From positions 1 to 34,301 of the forward strand of contig JAVKHQ010000027.1 of NCBI GenBank assembly GCA_031459875.1: a stretch of 34,301 nucleotides of DNA, in the 5' to 3' direction. The DNA is from Candidatus Fervidifonticultor sextus (GTDB lineage Bacteria; Sysuimicrobiota; Sysuimicrobiia; Sysuimicrobiales; Humicultoraceae). Under the pieces are notes generated by a model, which saw only the letters and a program-made list of their open reading frames with translations, made no database searches and was not told where the DNA came from. The position numbers and the translations under genes were made by a program. Below, in pieces: positions 1-10,000 of the stretch (within the stretch, counting starts at the first letter, position 1; each line of letters opens with the position of its first letter).

Positions 1-2
1 CG

Positions 3-206
3 CGGCGCACCCGGGTGGCGGTCGTGGTGCCCGAGGGCATCGCGCAGGAAGTCCGGATCGTCGTCATCGACGAGACCGGCGTCCGCACCGTCTACCGGGC
101 GCAGCACGGGCCCGGCGACCGCGTCGACCAGGTGGTGCACAGCCAGGGCTACACCATCATCCAGGTCTACCTCGGCAACCGCCTGGTCCAGGAGATCCGG
201 CCGTGA
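3..206 (+). CDS. C-terminal end (5'-truncated) of a probable PASTA-domain protein / Stk1-PknB-type Ser/Thr kinase
   Basis: Frame is open from the window edge. Beta-rich tail (EVRIVVIDETGVRTVY...IQVYLGNRLVQE) resembles the domain that ends PASTA kinases, which commonly precede rpe. Stop overlaps the rpe start (GTGA). Confidence 0.55.
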   Translation, partial: RRTRVAVVVPEGIAQEVRIVVIDETGVRTVYRAQHGPGDRVDQVVHSQGYTIIQVYLGNRLVQEIRP

Positions 207-883
207 CAGCCGACGCGGGAAGACCGGGAAGGGTGCAGATCGCCGCCAGCATCCTCAGCGCGGATTTCGCCGCGTTGGGCGAGGCGATCCGGGCCGCGGA
301 GCGCGGCGGAGCCGACCGCGTGCACGTGGACGTGATGGACGGCCACTTCGTCCCGCCCATCACCATGGGGCCGATGGTCGTCGAGGCGGTGCGCCGGGTC
401 ACCCGGCTGCCGGTCGACGTCCACCTGATGGTCGCCCATCCGGAACGCCACCTGGAAGCCTTCGTCAGGGCGGGAGCCGACAGCCTGACCGTGCACGTGG
501 AGGCGACCCCGCATCCGCACCGGGCCCTGGCCGAGATCCGGGCGCTGGGCGCCCAGGCCGGCGTGGCCCTCAACCCCGGCACGCCCGGAGAGGCCTGCGC
601 CGAACTCCTGGAGGTGCTCGACCTGATCGTCGTCATGAGCGTGAACCCGGGGTACGCGGGGCAGGCGTTCCTCCCGTCGGTCCTGCCGAAGATCGGCCGC
701 CTGCGGACGCTGCTGGCCGGGCGGCCGGTCCGGGTCGAGGTCGACGGCGGGATCTCCGTGCGGACGGCGCCGGCCGCGGTCGCCGCCGGCGCCGATGTGC
801 TCGTGGCCGCCTCGGCGATCTTCCAGGCGCCCGAGGGCATCGAGGCGGCCATCGCCGCGCTGCGTGCCGCGGCCGCGCCGTGA
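203..883 (+). CDS. rpe: Ribulose-phosphate 3-epimerase
   Basis: Motifs ASILSADF, HVDVMDGHFVP, DVHLMV, MSVNPG, VDGGI. Confidence 0.97.
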   Translation: MTADAGRPGRVQIAASILSADFAALGEAIRAAERGGADRVHVDVMDGHFVPPITMGPMVVEAVRRVTRLPVDVHLMVAHPERHLEAFVRAGADSLTVHVEATPHPHRALAEIRALGAQAGVALNPGTPGEACAELLEVLDLIVVMSVNPGYAGQAFLPSVLPKIGRLRTLLAGRPVRVEVDGGISVRTAPAAVAAGADVLVAASAIFQAPEGIEAAIAALRAAAAP

Positions 884-1923
884 GCACGACACTGCTGGTC
901 TGGCACCCGGCGTGCGAGCGTCACCTCACCGGTCCAGGGCATCCTGAGCGGCCCGAGCGCCTGCGCGCGATCCGGCGCGCCGTGGAGGCGAGCGGGCTCG
1001 AGCATCTGGTGGAGGTCGCCGATGTCGAGCCCGTCGAGCGCGAGGTCCTGGAGGACGTCCACACGCGGGCGTACATCGCCCGGGTGGAGGCGCTGGCGGC
1101 CGAGGGCGGGGGGTGGTTCGACCCGGACACGCCGGTCAGCCGGGAGTCTCCCACCGCCGCGATGATGGCGGCGGGCGCCGCCGCTCACGCCGCCCGGTCC
1201 CTGTGCGCCGGCCTGGCAGCCAGGGCCTTCGTGGCCATCCGGCCCCCAGGACACCACGCGCTACCGGACCGCGCGATGGGCTTCTGTCTGTTCAACAACG
1301 CGGCTGTCGCCGCCGCCACCGCCCGGCGCGCGGGCCGGCAGCGGATCATGATCGTGGACTGGGACGTCCACCACGGCAACGGGACGCAGACCGTCTTCTG
1401 GCGCGACCCCGGGGTGCTCGTTGTCTCCCTCCACCAGGAGTACTGGTACCCGGGCACCGGAGCGGTGGATGAGATGGGGGAGGGGCCCGGCGAGGGGTTC
1501 ACGGTCAACGTCCCGCTGCCGGCGGAGACCGGAGACGGCGGCTATCAGGATGTCTTCACCGAGATCGTCATGCCGCTGGCTGCGGCCTGGCGGCCGGATT
1601 TCGTGATCGTCTCGGCCGGATACGACGCGCACTACGCCGACCCGCTGGGAGGGATGGTCCTGACCTCGCGCGGCTTCGGCCGCCTGGCCGGACTGCTCGA
1701 CGAGGCGGCCCGGGCGCAGAAGGCGCCGGTGCTGGCGGTGCTGGAGGGGGGCTACGACCTGGAGGCGCTGGGCGCGTCCGTGCTCGCGACCCTGGAGGCC
1801 ATGACCGGCCGGACCGCCTGGGGTGCGCCCTCCGAGCGGGCGCCGTCCGAGGCCCCGCCGACCGTCATCGGGGCCCGCATCAGGGCGGTCCGAAGCGCCT
1901 TGCTGGCCCACTGGCGGATCTGA
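880..1923 (+). CDS. Histone deacetylase family Zn-dependent amidohydrolase
   Basis: HPE, RPPGHHA, GFCLFNN, DWDVHHGNGT, SAGYD and LEGGY motifs all present. GTGA overlap with rpe. Confidence 0.95.
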   Translation: MSTTLLVWHPACERHLTGPGHPERPERLRAIRRAVEASGLEHLVEVADVEPVEREVLEDVHTRAYIARVEALAAEGGGWFDPDTPVSRESPTAAMMAAGAAAHAARSLCAGLAARAFVAIRPPGHHALPDRAMGFCLFNNAAVAAATARRAGRQRIMIVDWDVHHGNGTQTVFWRDPGVLVVSLHQEYWYPGTGAVDEMGEGPGEGFTVNVPLPAETGDGGYQDVFTEIVMPLAAAWRPDFVIVSAGYDAHYADPLGGMVLTSRGFGRLAGLLDEAARAQKAPVLAVLEGGYDLEALGASVLATLEAMTGRTAWGAPSERAPSEAPPTVIGARIRAVRSALLAHWRI

Positions 1924-2078
1924 GCCTCCGGCCTGCGGAGGGTGACGCCGCCGGGGCCCCCGGACCGGCGGCTGGCGGGTCGGGAGGAACCCCCCACCGG
2001 ACGGAGAAGTACACATGACACCTCTGGCTACTGATCCAGCCCCAGGGTGCCGGATGCCTTGAGGGGGCGACGAACGGG

Positions 2079-3335
2079 ATGGAGGAAGAGACGGTCACGG
2101 CCGAGCAGCAGGGGGTGAAGGGCGAGGCCCTTGACCTCGCCGACGCGGTCCCTGCGTTGCAGGAGCGGCAGATCGTCAAGGGGACGGTCGTCCGCGTGGA
2201 CACGGAGGGGGTGCTGGTCGACATCGGGGCGAAGTCCGAAGGGCTGATCCCGCTACGTGAACTGGCCCGCCGCGGGGATGAGCCCGAGCCCGTGGCCGTG
2301 GGCGACCGGATCAACGTGATGGTGATGCGCGTGGAGGGCGAAGAGGGGAACATCATCCTCAGCAAGAAGCGGGCCGACTTCATGACGGCGTGGGAGCGCG
2401 TCATCGCCGCCCACGAAGCGGGGAGCATCCTGCATGCCATGGTGGTAGACAAGGTCAAGGGTGGCCTGGTGGTGGACCTGGGGATCCGCGGGTTCGTCCC
2501 CGGGTCGCACGTGGATCTCTCCCAGGCCAAGGGCCGGCGCTTCGAGTGGTTCGTGGGCCAGTCCATCCCCCTCAAGGTGATCGAGGTGGACCGCGGCAAG
2601 GGACGGGTGATCCTCTCGCACCGGCTGGCGGTCGAGGAGGACCGGCGCGCGCGACGGGAGGAGATGCTGGCCTCGCTGCAGGAGGGCGCCATCGTCGAGG
2701 GCACGGTCAAGCGCATCACCGACTTCGGCGCCTTCATCGACCTGGGCGGCGTCGACGGTCTGCTGCCCATCAGCGAGATGGCCTGGACCTACATCCGGCA
2801 TCCCTCGGAGGTCGTGCGGCGCAACCAGCGCCTGAAGGTGCAGGTGCTGCGCGTGGACCGCGAGGGCGGCAAGATCTCGCTAGGCCTCAAGCAGATCCGG
2901 GATGACCCGTGGGCCGAGGTGCCCGAGCGCTACCGCTCCGGCGAGGTCGTCAGGGGCAAGGTCGTCCGCACCGTCGCGTCAGGGGCCTTCGTCCGGCTGC
3001 GGGACATCGACGCCTTCCTGCCCATCTCGGAGATGGCCGAGAAACGGGTGGGGAAGGTCGAAGACGCGGTGGCCGTAGGGCAGACGGTCGAGGTAATGAT
3101 CACCGACATCCGGCCCGACGAGCGGCGGATGATCGTCAGCCTGCGCCGCGTGGCGCGCGAGGCCGAGCGCAAGCGTGTGAAGGAGTACATGCGGGCCCAG
3201 GAGGACGAGGGCCGGGTGACGATCGGCGACGCGGTCGGGGAACTCCTCCGGCAGGTCGTGGAGCCACGGCCGGAGGACGGCGAGCCGTCCTCCGCGCCCG
3301 CCGGCGAGGGATCCAGGGAACCCACCGACGCCTGA
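2079..3335 (+). CDS. rpsA: 30S ribosomal protein S1 (short, four-S1-domain type)
   Basis: Four S1 repeats (VDIGAKSEG, GIRGFVPGS, FGAFIDLGGVDGLL, GAFVRL..IDAFLPISE) and a C-terminal TIGDAVGELL tail. Confidence 0.93.
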   Translation: MEEETVTAEQQGVKGEALDLADAVPALQERQIVKGTVVRVDTEGVLVDIGAKSEGLIPLRELARRGDEPEPVAVGDRINVMVMRVEGEEGNIILSKKRADFMTAWERVIAAHEAGSILHAMVVDKVKGGLVVDLGIRGFVPGSHVDLSQAKGRRFEWFVGQSIPLKVIEVDRGKGRVILSHRLAVEEDRRARREEMLASLQEGAIVEGTVKRITDFGAFIDLGGVDGLLPISEMAWTYIRHPSEVVRRNQRLKVQVLRVDREGGKISLGLKQIRDDPWAEVPERYRSGEVVRGKVVRTVASGAFVRLRDIDAFLPISEMAEKRVGKVEDAVAVGQTVEVMITDIRPDERRMIVSLRRVAREAERKRVKEYMRAQEDEGRVTIGDAVGELLRQVVEPRPEDGEPSSAPAGEGSREPTDA

Positions 3336-3336
3336 C

Positions 3337-3365
3337 TTGCCCCCCTTCCCTCCCGCGGCTACAAT
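3337..3365 (+). promoter_or_regulatory. Sigma70-type promoter for tRNA-Pro
   Basis: TTGCCC-17 nt-TACAAT, ending 11 nt before the tRNA 5' end. Confidence 0.75.
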
Positions 3366-3376
3366 GGGAGCGGCGT

Positions 3377-3455
3377 CGGGGAGTGGCGCAGCTTGGTTGA
3401 GCGCGCAGCGTTCGGGACGCTGAGGCCGGGGGTTCAAATCCCCCCTCCCCGACCA
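3377..3455 (+). tRNA. tRNA-Pro, anticodon CGG
   Basis: Cloverleaf: acceptor CGGGGAG/CTCCCCG, D stem GCGC/GCGC, anticodon stem CAGCG/CGCTG with loop TTCGGGA, T arm GGGGG-TTCAAAT-CCCCC, discriminator A, encoded CCA. Confidence 0.97.
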
Positions 3456-3467
3456 GGACTCGCCGGT

Positions 3468-3504
3468 GAGGACGTGGGGTCTTCCTCGCGTCCTCGATCT
3501 TTTT
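3468..3504 (+). terminator. Probable intrinsic terminator after tRNA-Pro
   Basis: 12-bp stem GAGGACGTGGGG/CCTCGCGTCCTC (two G-U pairs), loop TCTT, followed by GATCTTTTT. Confidence 0.7.
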
Positions 3505-4106
3505 GTCGCAGACTTCGGCATGGGGGTAAGGGGCAGCGTCGGTAGAACCAGGTGAGGGAGTCCGGGTTGCAATGGAGACGCGGCCGAAGGATTTCGCCAG
3601 ATGAATCCGAAGCGCTCCGTTCGAGCCTCATCTCGTCTCCTCTTCCGCTCAGACGTGGAAACCTTGGACGGGGCGAAGACCGCATTTGACGGAGCGCGAG
3701 GCCGGCTTTAGCAAGACCGAACGCAGCAGACGAGAGGGGGAGCAGGTTCGAAAAGTACCGTCGTTCAGCGGTGGCAGGGGGCGAGACAACCAGCCCCGTT
3801 CCTCCCAGGTCGGGTCAGGCCCGGAACGATCTTCCGCTCCGACATCCGCGTCACGAATTCTATCGACTGTCAAATCGGGTGCTCTGCTCTGGTTGCTCCG
3901 CCTTCGCCCGGGGCACTTCCGCCACTCCGGCCGCAGAAGCCGCTCGGATTCGGTAGCGTCCGCCTGGACGCAGAAGAGGTGACCCGTCAGGGAGCGGAGC
4001 CCGACACAGACTGGCGGGCGACAGAGGAATGGCCCGCGCACAGGACAATGCGCTTATCGCAGGCAGGGCTCCCCGCCCGGCCCCGATGACGCAACGTCCT
4101 CGATCT
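3489..4106. repeat. 12-bp direct repeat CGTCCTCGATCT (3489-3500 and 4095-4106) flanking a ~0.6 kb segment with no clear gene
   Basis: Exact 12-mer seen at both positions. Confidence 0.6.
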
Positions 4107-4129
4107 GCGGTCTCCGGGCCAGGCGGGAT

Positions 4130-4158
4130 TTGACCCGCGCCGGGAAACGAGGTACACT
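4130..4158 (+). promoter_or_regulatory. Sigma70-type promoter for the HAD hydrolase gene
   Basis: TTGACC-17 nt-TACACT. It overlaps the TTG start used by the ORF track, which argues for the downstream GTG start. Confidence 0.7.
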
Positions 4159-4231
4159 TCGAGCGGGCCCTGTACGCCGGTTAGCGGCAGGGTCTTCTGT
4201 TTGCACGGGCGGTCGACGAGATGAGTCGCAG

Positions 4232-5038
4232 GTGAGAAAGCACTACCTGCTGGTGAACGACTTCGATCAGACCCTGAGTTTCAACGACTCCGGGCTGGTC
4301 CTCAGCGAGATACTTGGAATTCCAGGATTCCGGGAGCGGGTGGCAGGCCTCTCGCGCCTCAACCTCGTCCAGCAGGGCGGGGAGCTCGCGTACCTGCTCC
4401 GCCACGACCCGGAGTACCGCCGGGTCCGGCGGGAGCACCTCTGGGAGGCCGGACGTCGGATCCGGTTGAAGCGGAACATCCCGCTGCTTGTCAGATGCCT
4501 CGAAGACGGGATCGCAGGCTATCGCTTCGAGTTCTACGTGGTCTCGGCGGCTCCAGAAGACGTCATCCGGTCCGCGCTGCGAGATGTTCTCGCGCCGGAC
4601 CGCGTCGTCGGGACACAGTTCGCCTACGATCCCGTCTCGGGAGAGATCGCGTCCATTGTGCTGGTCCCCGCCGGGTACGGCAAGGTCGAAGTGGTCGACG
4701 GGCTGCAACGGACTCTCGGGATCCCGCAGGACCGGACGGTCTACGTGGGGGATGGGAGCTCGGACATCCACGTGATGCTGCACGTGAACCAGCGGGACGG
4801 ATTCACCATTGCCGCGTCTGAAGCCAGATACATCGCCCAGGTTGCGAGGCGGACCATCATCAGCGACGATGCCCTCAGCGTGCTGGTGCCGATCCTGGAG
4901 GAGATTGTCGGCTACGGGCCTGGCGAGATCCGGACCTTCTTCGAGCAGCACGGGTTCCTGATCCAGGAATGGGACAAGGTGCGGACCGACTGGGTCACCA
5001 TCCGGGAGATCGCCGGGCTTGTCAACCCAGGCGCCTGA
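4232..5038 (+). CDS. HAD-superfamily hydrolase (phosphoserine-phosphatase-like, substrate unknown)
   Basis: Motif I DFDQT, motif II VVSAA, motif III GYGK, motif IV GDGSSD. Start placed at GTG 4232 just before motif I. Confidence 0.88.
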   Translation: MRKHYLLVNDFDQTLSFNDSGLVLSEILGIPGFRERVAGLSRLNLVQQGGELAYLLRHDPEYRRVRREHLWEAGRRIRLKRNIPLLVRCLEDGIAGYRFEFYVVSAAPEDVIRSALRDVLAPDRVVGTQFAYDPVSGEIASIVLVPAGYGKVEVVDGLQRTLGIPQDRTVYVGDGSSDIHVMLHVNQRDGFTIAASEARYIAQVARRTIISDDALSVLVPILEEIVGYGPGEIRTFFEQHGFLIQEWDKVRTDWVTIREIAGLVNPGA

Positions 5039-5117
5039 CGGTACACTGGGCAGGGCGGCGGGCGGTCGGCGGCCGCTGGTTCCGCCCGAATAGCTATAGA
5101 CGCCGATGGACCCGCGC

Positions 5118-5149
5118 GGGGCGGCGCGAGCGCGCCGCCTTGTGACTTT
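5118..5149 (+). terminator. Possible terminator hairpin downstream of the HAD gene
   Basis: Stem GGGGCGGCGC/GCGCCGCCTT with loop GAGC, followed by a weak T-rich tail (GTGACTTT). Confidence 0.45.
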
Positions 5150-5192
5150 CTGAGGGAACGGGCAGAAACACCGTGAGGAGCCGACGGTTGCC

Positions 5193-5696
5193 GTGAGCGG
5201 ACCCGAGGCGGTCGAGATCAAGCGTAGCCTGGACGGCGCCGAGCACCGGTTCCGCTGCACCCTGCTGGCGCGCGGGACCGGCTGGGCCGCGCTGCGCTAT
5301 GTGACGGCGACCCCGGTGATGGTCGGCAGCCTGCTGCTACCCGCCGGGACGGAGACGGTCGGGTACTTCTGGGCGGACCGGCCGTACACCGCCTACCACT
5401 GGATGGACCGGGACGGCCGCACGCTGGGCGTCTACCTGAACGCGGCCGCAGACGTCGAGATCGGCGCCGAGGAGGTCCGCTGGCTGGACCTGGCCCTCGA
5501 CGTGCTCGTGACCCGTGAAGGCGGCGTCGAGGTGCTCGACGACGACGAGGCCCGGGCCGCGCCGGTCTGGGTGCAGCCCCGCATCGAGCAGGCGCGCCGG
5601 CTCCTGTTGACCCAGGCGCCCGCCATCGCCGCCGACGTGCGGGCGCTCAGCGAACAGGTCCTGGCCGCTGCGGCCGACCGGAGGAAATCCCCGTGA
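5193..5696 (+). CDS. DUF402 domain-containing protein
   Basis: YFWxDRPY, YxN, WLDLALDVLV and EVLDDDE acidic metal-binding pattern typical of DUF402. Confidence 0.8.
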   Translation: MSGPEAVEIKRSLDGAEHRFRCTLLARGTGWAALRYVTATPVMVGSLLLPAGTETVGYFWADRPYTAYHWMDRDGRTLGVYLNAAADVEIGAEEVRWLDLALDVLVTREGGVEVLDDDEARAAPVWVQPRIEQARRLLLTQAPAIAADVRALSEQVLAAAADRRKSP

Positions 5697-5773
5697 CGGC
5701 GCGAAGCACTCGGCGATGTGCGACGCCGGACGCGCGCCGATCGCCGGCCGGACGGGCGTGGGGTCATGACGGC

Positions 5774-6961
5774 ATGACGGGCGGCGGGGACCCTGTGCGC
5801 GTCGGGATGTTCTCGGACTCCTATCTGCCGCGCATCAGCGGCGTCGTTCGCTCGGTGGCCTCTTTCGTGACCGAACTGCGACGGCAGGGACACTACGCGG
5901 CGGTCTTCGCCCCGGGTTACCAGGGCTACCGGGATGCCGATCCGGATGTGGTCCGGTTCCCCTCGGTGCGCGCGCCCACCGTGCCCGACTTCCCCCTGGC
6001 CATTCCGTTCGCCCGGCGCTTCCTCCACGACCTCCGGCGGCGCCGGCTCACCGTGATCCACACCCACTCGCCGTTCCTGATGGGAACGGCGGGCCGGTAT
6101 GCGGCGCGCCGGCTGCGCCTGCCCCTGGTCTTCACGCACCACACCATGTACCCCGAGTACGTGCACTACATGCCCCTGGTCTCCGAGCGCCTTTCGCGAG
6201 AGGTGGTGGCGCGCTACACGGCCCGCTACTGCAACCGGTGCACCCTGGTCATCGCGCCCTCCCAGACGGTCAAGACGTGGCTGACCTCGCTGGGGGTGCG
6301 GACGCGCATCGAGGTCCTGCCCACCGCGGGCCTGGAGTTCGAGCGGCTGGATCGCCTGGACCCGTCCTGGGTGCGGCCGCGCTACGGCATTCCGCCGGAT
6401 GCGCCGCTGATCATCACGGTGGGCCGGCTGGCCCGGGAGAAGCGCTTCGACGTGCTGCTGGATGCCTTCGCGCGGGCCGCGCGGGGCGGCCCCGCGCGCC
6501 TGTTGGTCGTCGGCGGGGGGCCGCAGGAGAGCGGCCTGCGCGCCGCAGCCGCGAGGCTGGGGATCGGCGGGCAGGTGGCGTTCGCCGGCTCGCTGGAGCA
6601 CGATCGGGTCCTGGACTGCTATGCGGCCGCCGACCTGTTCGCCTTCGCGTCGCCCACGGAGACGCAGGGGCTCGTGGTCGTCGAGGCTATGGCGGCCGGG
6701 CTGCCGGTGGTGGCCGTGGCCGCCGGCGGCGTGGCGGAAGTCGTGGCGGATGGCCGCACCGGGTTGCTGGCCGATCCGGATCCGCGGGCGCTGGCCGCGG
6801 CGATCCGCCGCATGCTGGACGATCCGGGCCTGCGCAGCCGCTGCGCAGAGGCGGGCCGGGAGGCGGCGCAGGAGTACGCCATCGGCGAGATCGTGGCGAG
6901 GCTGGTGGACCTGTACCGTCAGGCAGCGGTCGAGAGACCTGTCGTCGCAGCACCCGAGTAG
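5774..6961 (+). CDS. Glycosyltransferase family 4 (resembles diacylglycerol alpha-glucosyltransferases)
   Basis: N-terminal MFSDSYLPRISGV, IHTHSPF, VGRLAREK, SPTETQGLVVVEAMAAG (EX7E). Start uncertain (GTG 5693, ATG 5774 or GTG 5795). Confidence 0.9.
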   Translation: MTGGGDPVRVGMFSDSYLPRISGVVRSVASFVTELRRQGHYAAVFAPGYQGYRDADPDVVRFPSVRAPTVPDFPLAIPFARRFLHDLRRRRLTVIHTHSPFLMGTAGRYAARRLRLPLVFTHHTMYPEYVHYMPLVSERLSREVVARYTARYCNRCTLVIAPSQTVKTWLTSLGVRTRIEVLPTAGLEFERLDRLDPSWVRPRYGIPPDAPLIITVGRLAREKRFDVLLDAFARAARGGPARLLVVGGGPQESGLRAAAARLGIGGQVAFAGSLEHDRVLDCYAAADLFAFASPTETQGLVVVEAMAAGLPVVAVAAGGVAEVVADGRTGLLADPDPRALAAAIRRMLDDPGLRSRCAEAGREAAQEYAIGEIVARLVDLYRQAAVERPVVAAPE

Positions 6962-7036
6962 GCCTGGTCCGCCACGGCGTGGCGGCCAGGCGACGGGCGG
7001 GCCGCCAGACGGCCCGAGTCGAGGAGGAGACGCAGC

Positions 7037-10000
7037 GTGCAGCTTCGCCGGCTTGAGCTCGCAGGCTTCAAGACTTTTGTGGACCGCACCGAACTGGAAT
7101 TCCATCCCGGCATCACGGCCATCGTCGGGCCCAACGGCAGCGGCAAGAGCAACATCTTCGACGGGATCCGGTGGGCGCTCGGGGAGACCAACGCGCGCCT
7201 GCTGCGCGGCCTGCGCATGGAGGATGTGATCTTCTCCGGCTCCGCCCACCGCAGGCCGTTGGGGATGGCCACGGTCGCCCTGACGCTGGACAACAGCGCC
7301 GGGGGACTGCCGGTGGAGTTTGCCGAGGTCACCGTGTCGCGCACCGTCACGCGCGGCGGCGAAGGCGCCTACGCCATCAACGGGGTGGACTGCCGGCTGC
7401 GCGACGTGCAGATGCTGTTCCTGGGGACCGGGCTGGGCGGTCGCTCCTATGCGCTGATCGGTCAGGGCGAAGTGGACGCGGTGCTGCGCGCCACGCCCGT
7501 CGAGCGCCGCCACTGGCTGGAGGAGGCGGCGGGACTGGCCCGCCACAAACGCCAGCGGATCGAGGCCGAGCGCCGGCTGGATCATGCCCAGGCCTACCTG
7601 GACCGCCTCGGCGACCTGCTCGACGAACTCGGGCGCCAGCAGCAGGCGCTGGCGGTGCAGGCCGAAGCGGCCGCCAGGCACCGGGCGTACACCACCGAAC
7701 TCCGTGACCTGGAGGTGGCCTTGTTCGCCGACGAGGCCCGCCGGCTACTGGGTGCCACCCGGCGCCTGGCGGCGCAACTGGCCGTCGAGCGCGAGCAGGC
7801 CGCCGCATCCGAGCGGCGCGCGGCCGAGGCTGCCGCCGATGTGGCCCTGGTGGAGGCGCACTTGGCGAACGCGACGGCGGCGTGGGAGCAGGGCCAGCAG
7901 GCCCTGCTGGATGGCGCAGAGGCACTGCGCGCCCGGGCCGCCGAGGTCCAGGCCCTGGATGCCCAGGCTGAGGGCCTGCGCGGACAACTCACCCACGTGG
8001 AGGCGGAACTGGCGCGGCTCGATGAGGAGCGGGCGGCACTGGCCGGCGACGCCAACGCGCTGACGGCGCACTTGGCCGACGCGGTGCGCAGGCACCAGGC
8101 CGCCGCTGACGGCCTGGCGGTCGCCGAGGCGGACCTGGAGCAGGCCGCTGCCGTGGCGCGGGAGGCGGAAGCCCATCTGGGTCGCCAGCGGGACGAGGCG
8201 ATGGAGGTGGTGCGGACGCTGGCCCAGACGCGCAGCGACCTGGCCGCACTCCGCGGCCGGGCCGAGGTGGTGGCCCAGAGCGTCGAGGCAGCCGCGCAGC
8301 GGGTCGGCGCGCTGGGTCAGGCCGCCGCGCGCCTGGCGTCGGAGCGCGAGGCCGCCGCGCGCGCCGCCGAGGCGGCCCGGGCGGTGCTGCGGGCCGCAGA
8401 GGACGCCCTGGTCGCCGCCACCTCGCAGGTGGAGGCGCGGCGGGCTGACCTGACCTCGGCCCGGGAGCGCGTCCACACCGTGGAACTCGAGGTCCACCGC
8501 CTGCGCAGCCGGCTTGTTGCCCTCGAGGAGGCCGCAGCCCAGTTCGTCGGTTTCGAGGACGGCGCACGGGAAGTGCTGCGCGCGGCGCGCACCCATCCTG
8601 AGCGCTTCCCCGGGCTGCGCGGCGCCCTGGCCGACCTGATCGTCGTGCCCCAGGAGTTCCAAGGCGCGGTCGCCGCCGCCCTCGACCGCCGGCTCCACTG
8701 CCTGGTCGTCGAGCGCGCCGCCCAGCTGGAGCACGTCGTGCGCTTCCTCACGGAGGAGGCGCGGGCCGGAGGCATGCTGGTGGCGATGGACGCCCTCCCC
8801 CGCGGCGATCCAGCGGCGAGGACCTCTGCCCCCGCCGTCGTCGCTCGGGCCGCCGAGGTCGTGGGGACCGATCCCGACCTGCGCCCCGTCGTTGACGCCC
8901 TGATCGGCGATGCGGTGATCGTGGACGACCTCCCCACGGCCTGGGAGCTCGCCGCGGCGGGCCATCCGGGCAGGATCGTGACGCGGGGTGGGATCGTGCT
9001 CGCCCCCGACGGTGTGGTCTCCGTGGCCGGGCCCACCAACGGGGAGGCAGCGCCGCTGGGCCGGGGCCAGGCGATCGCCGGGTTGCAGCGTGCCCTGGCC
9101 GACGCCGAAGCGCGTCACCTGGAGGCCGAGTCCGCGCAGGCGGATGCCGCCCGGGCGCTGGCGGCCGCCGAGGCGGCCCTGCGCGCGGCCCGGGCCGATC
9201 GGGAGGCCGCCGCCTCGGCTTGCGGTGAGCACGAGCAGCACGTGGGACGCCTGGCCGCCGAGGCCGCGCGACTGGCCGACGAAGAAGCTGCGGCCTCGCA
9301 AGACGCGCAGGCCGCCACAGACTCCCTGCGGCGTCTGGAGGCCGAGATCGCGCAGTCCCAGGCCGACCTGGAGTACCTCGAGGGCGCCCTGCGCGACCTC
9401 GAGGCCCAGGTCGCAACCGCCGAGGACGAGGTCCGCCGGACGGCTGGGGCGCGCGACGACATGGCCGAGGCCGTGGCCGCCCGCCGCCTGGCCCTGGTCC
9501 AGGCCGAGGGGGTGGTGGCATCGCTGCGGGAACGGCTGTCCGACCGGACCGCGGCGCTGTCCGACCTGGAAGCGCGCCGCGCCGAGGTGGCCGCCACCGC
9601 GCACCGCCTGGAGGCCGACCTGGCTGCGATCAGGGCGCGGCGTGACGAAGCCGCCTCCGCGTGCGACCGGGACGCCGCCGCACACACGGCCACCAGGGAC
9701 GAGGTCGAACGCCTGGCCGCCGAGCGGGTGCGCCTGCGCGAGGCGATGGCCGGCCGGCAGGCCGAGCACGCCGCCGCCGTGGAGGCGGCGCGCTCGGCCC
9801 AGGCGGCGGTACACAAGACCGAACTGCGCGCGGCCCAGGCTGAGGCCGAACTCCACGCGGCGGCGGCGCGCCTGCAGGAGGAGTGTGGCATCGGGCTGGA
9901 GGACGCCGCCGCGCGACGGCTGGAGGGCTCGCGGGAAGACGCCCGCCGCCGCGTGGAGGAACTGCGGGGCGCCCTGCGCGACCTGGGGGCTGTGAACCTG

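Noticed and set aside
1924..2078. Riboswitch or ncRNA upstream of rpsA
   Set aside because: Several GC hairpins are present, but none matches a family I recognise, and such stems are common at this GC content.
3456..5190. Intact prophage or integrative element at tRNA-Pro
   Set aside because: No integrase and no duplicate of the tRNA 3' end was found; only the short repeat reported above.
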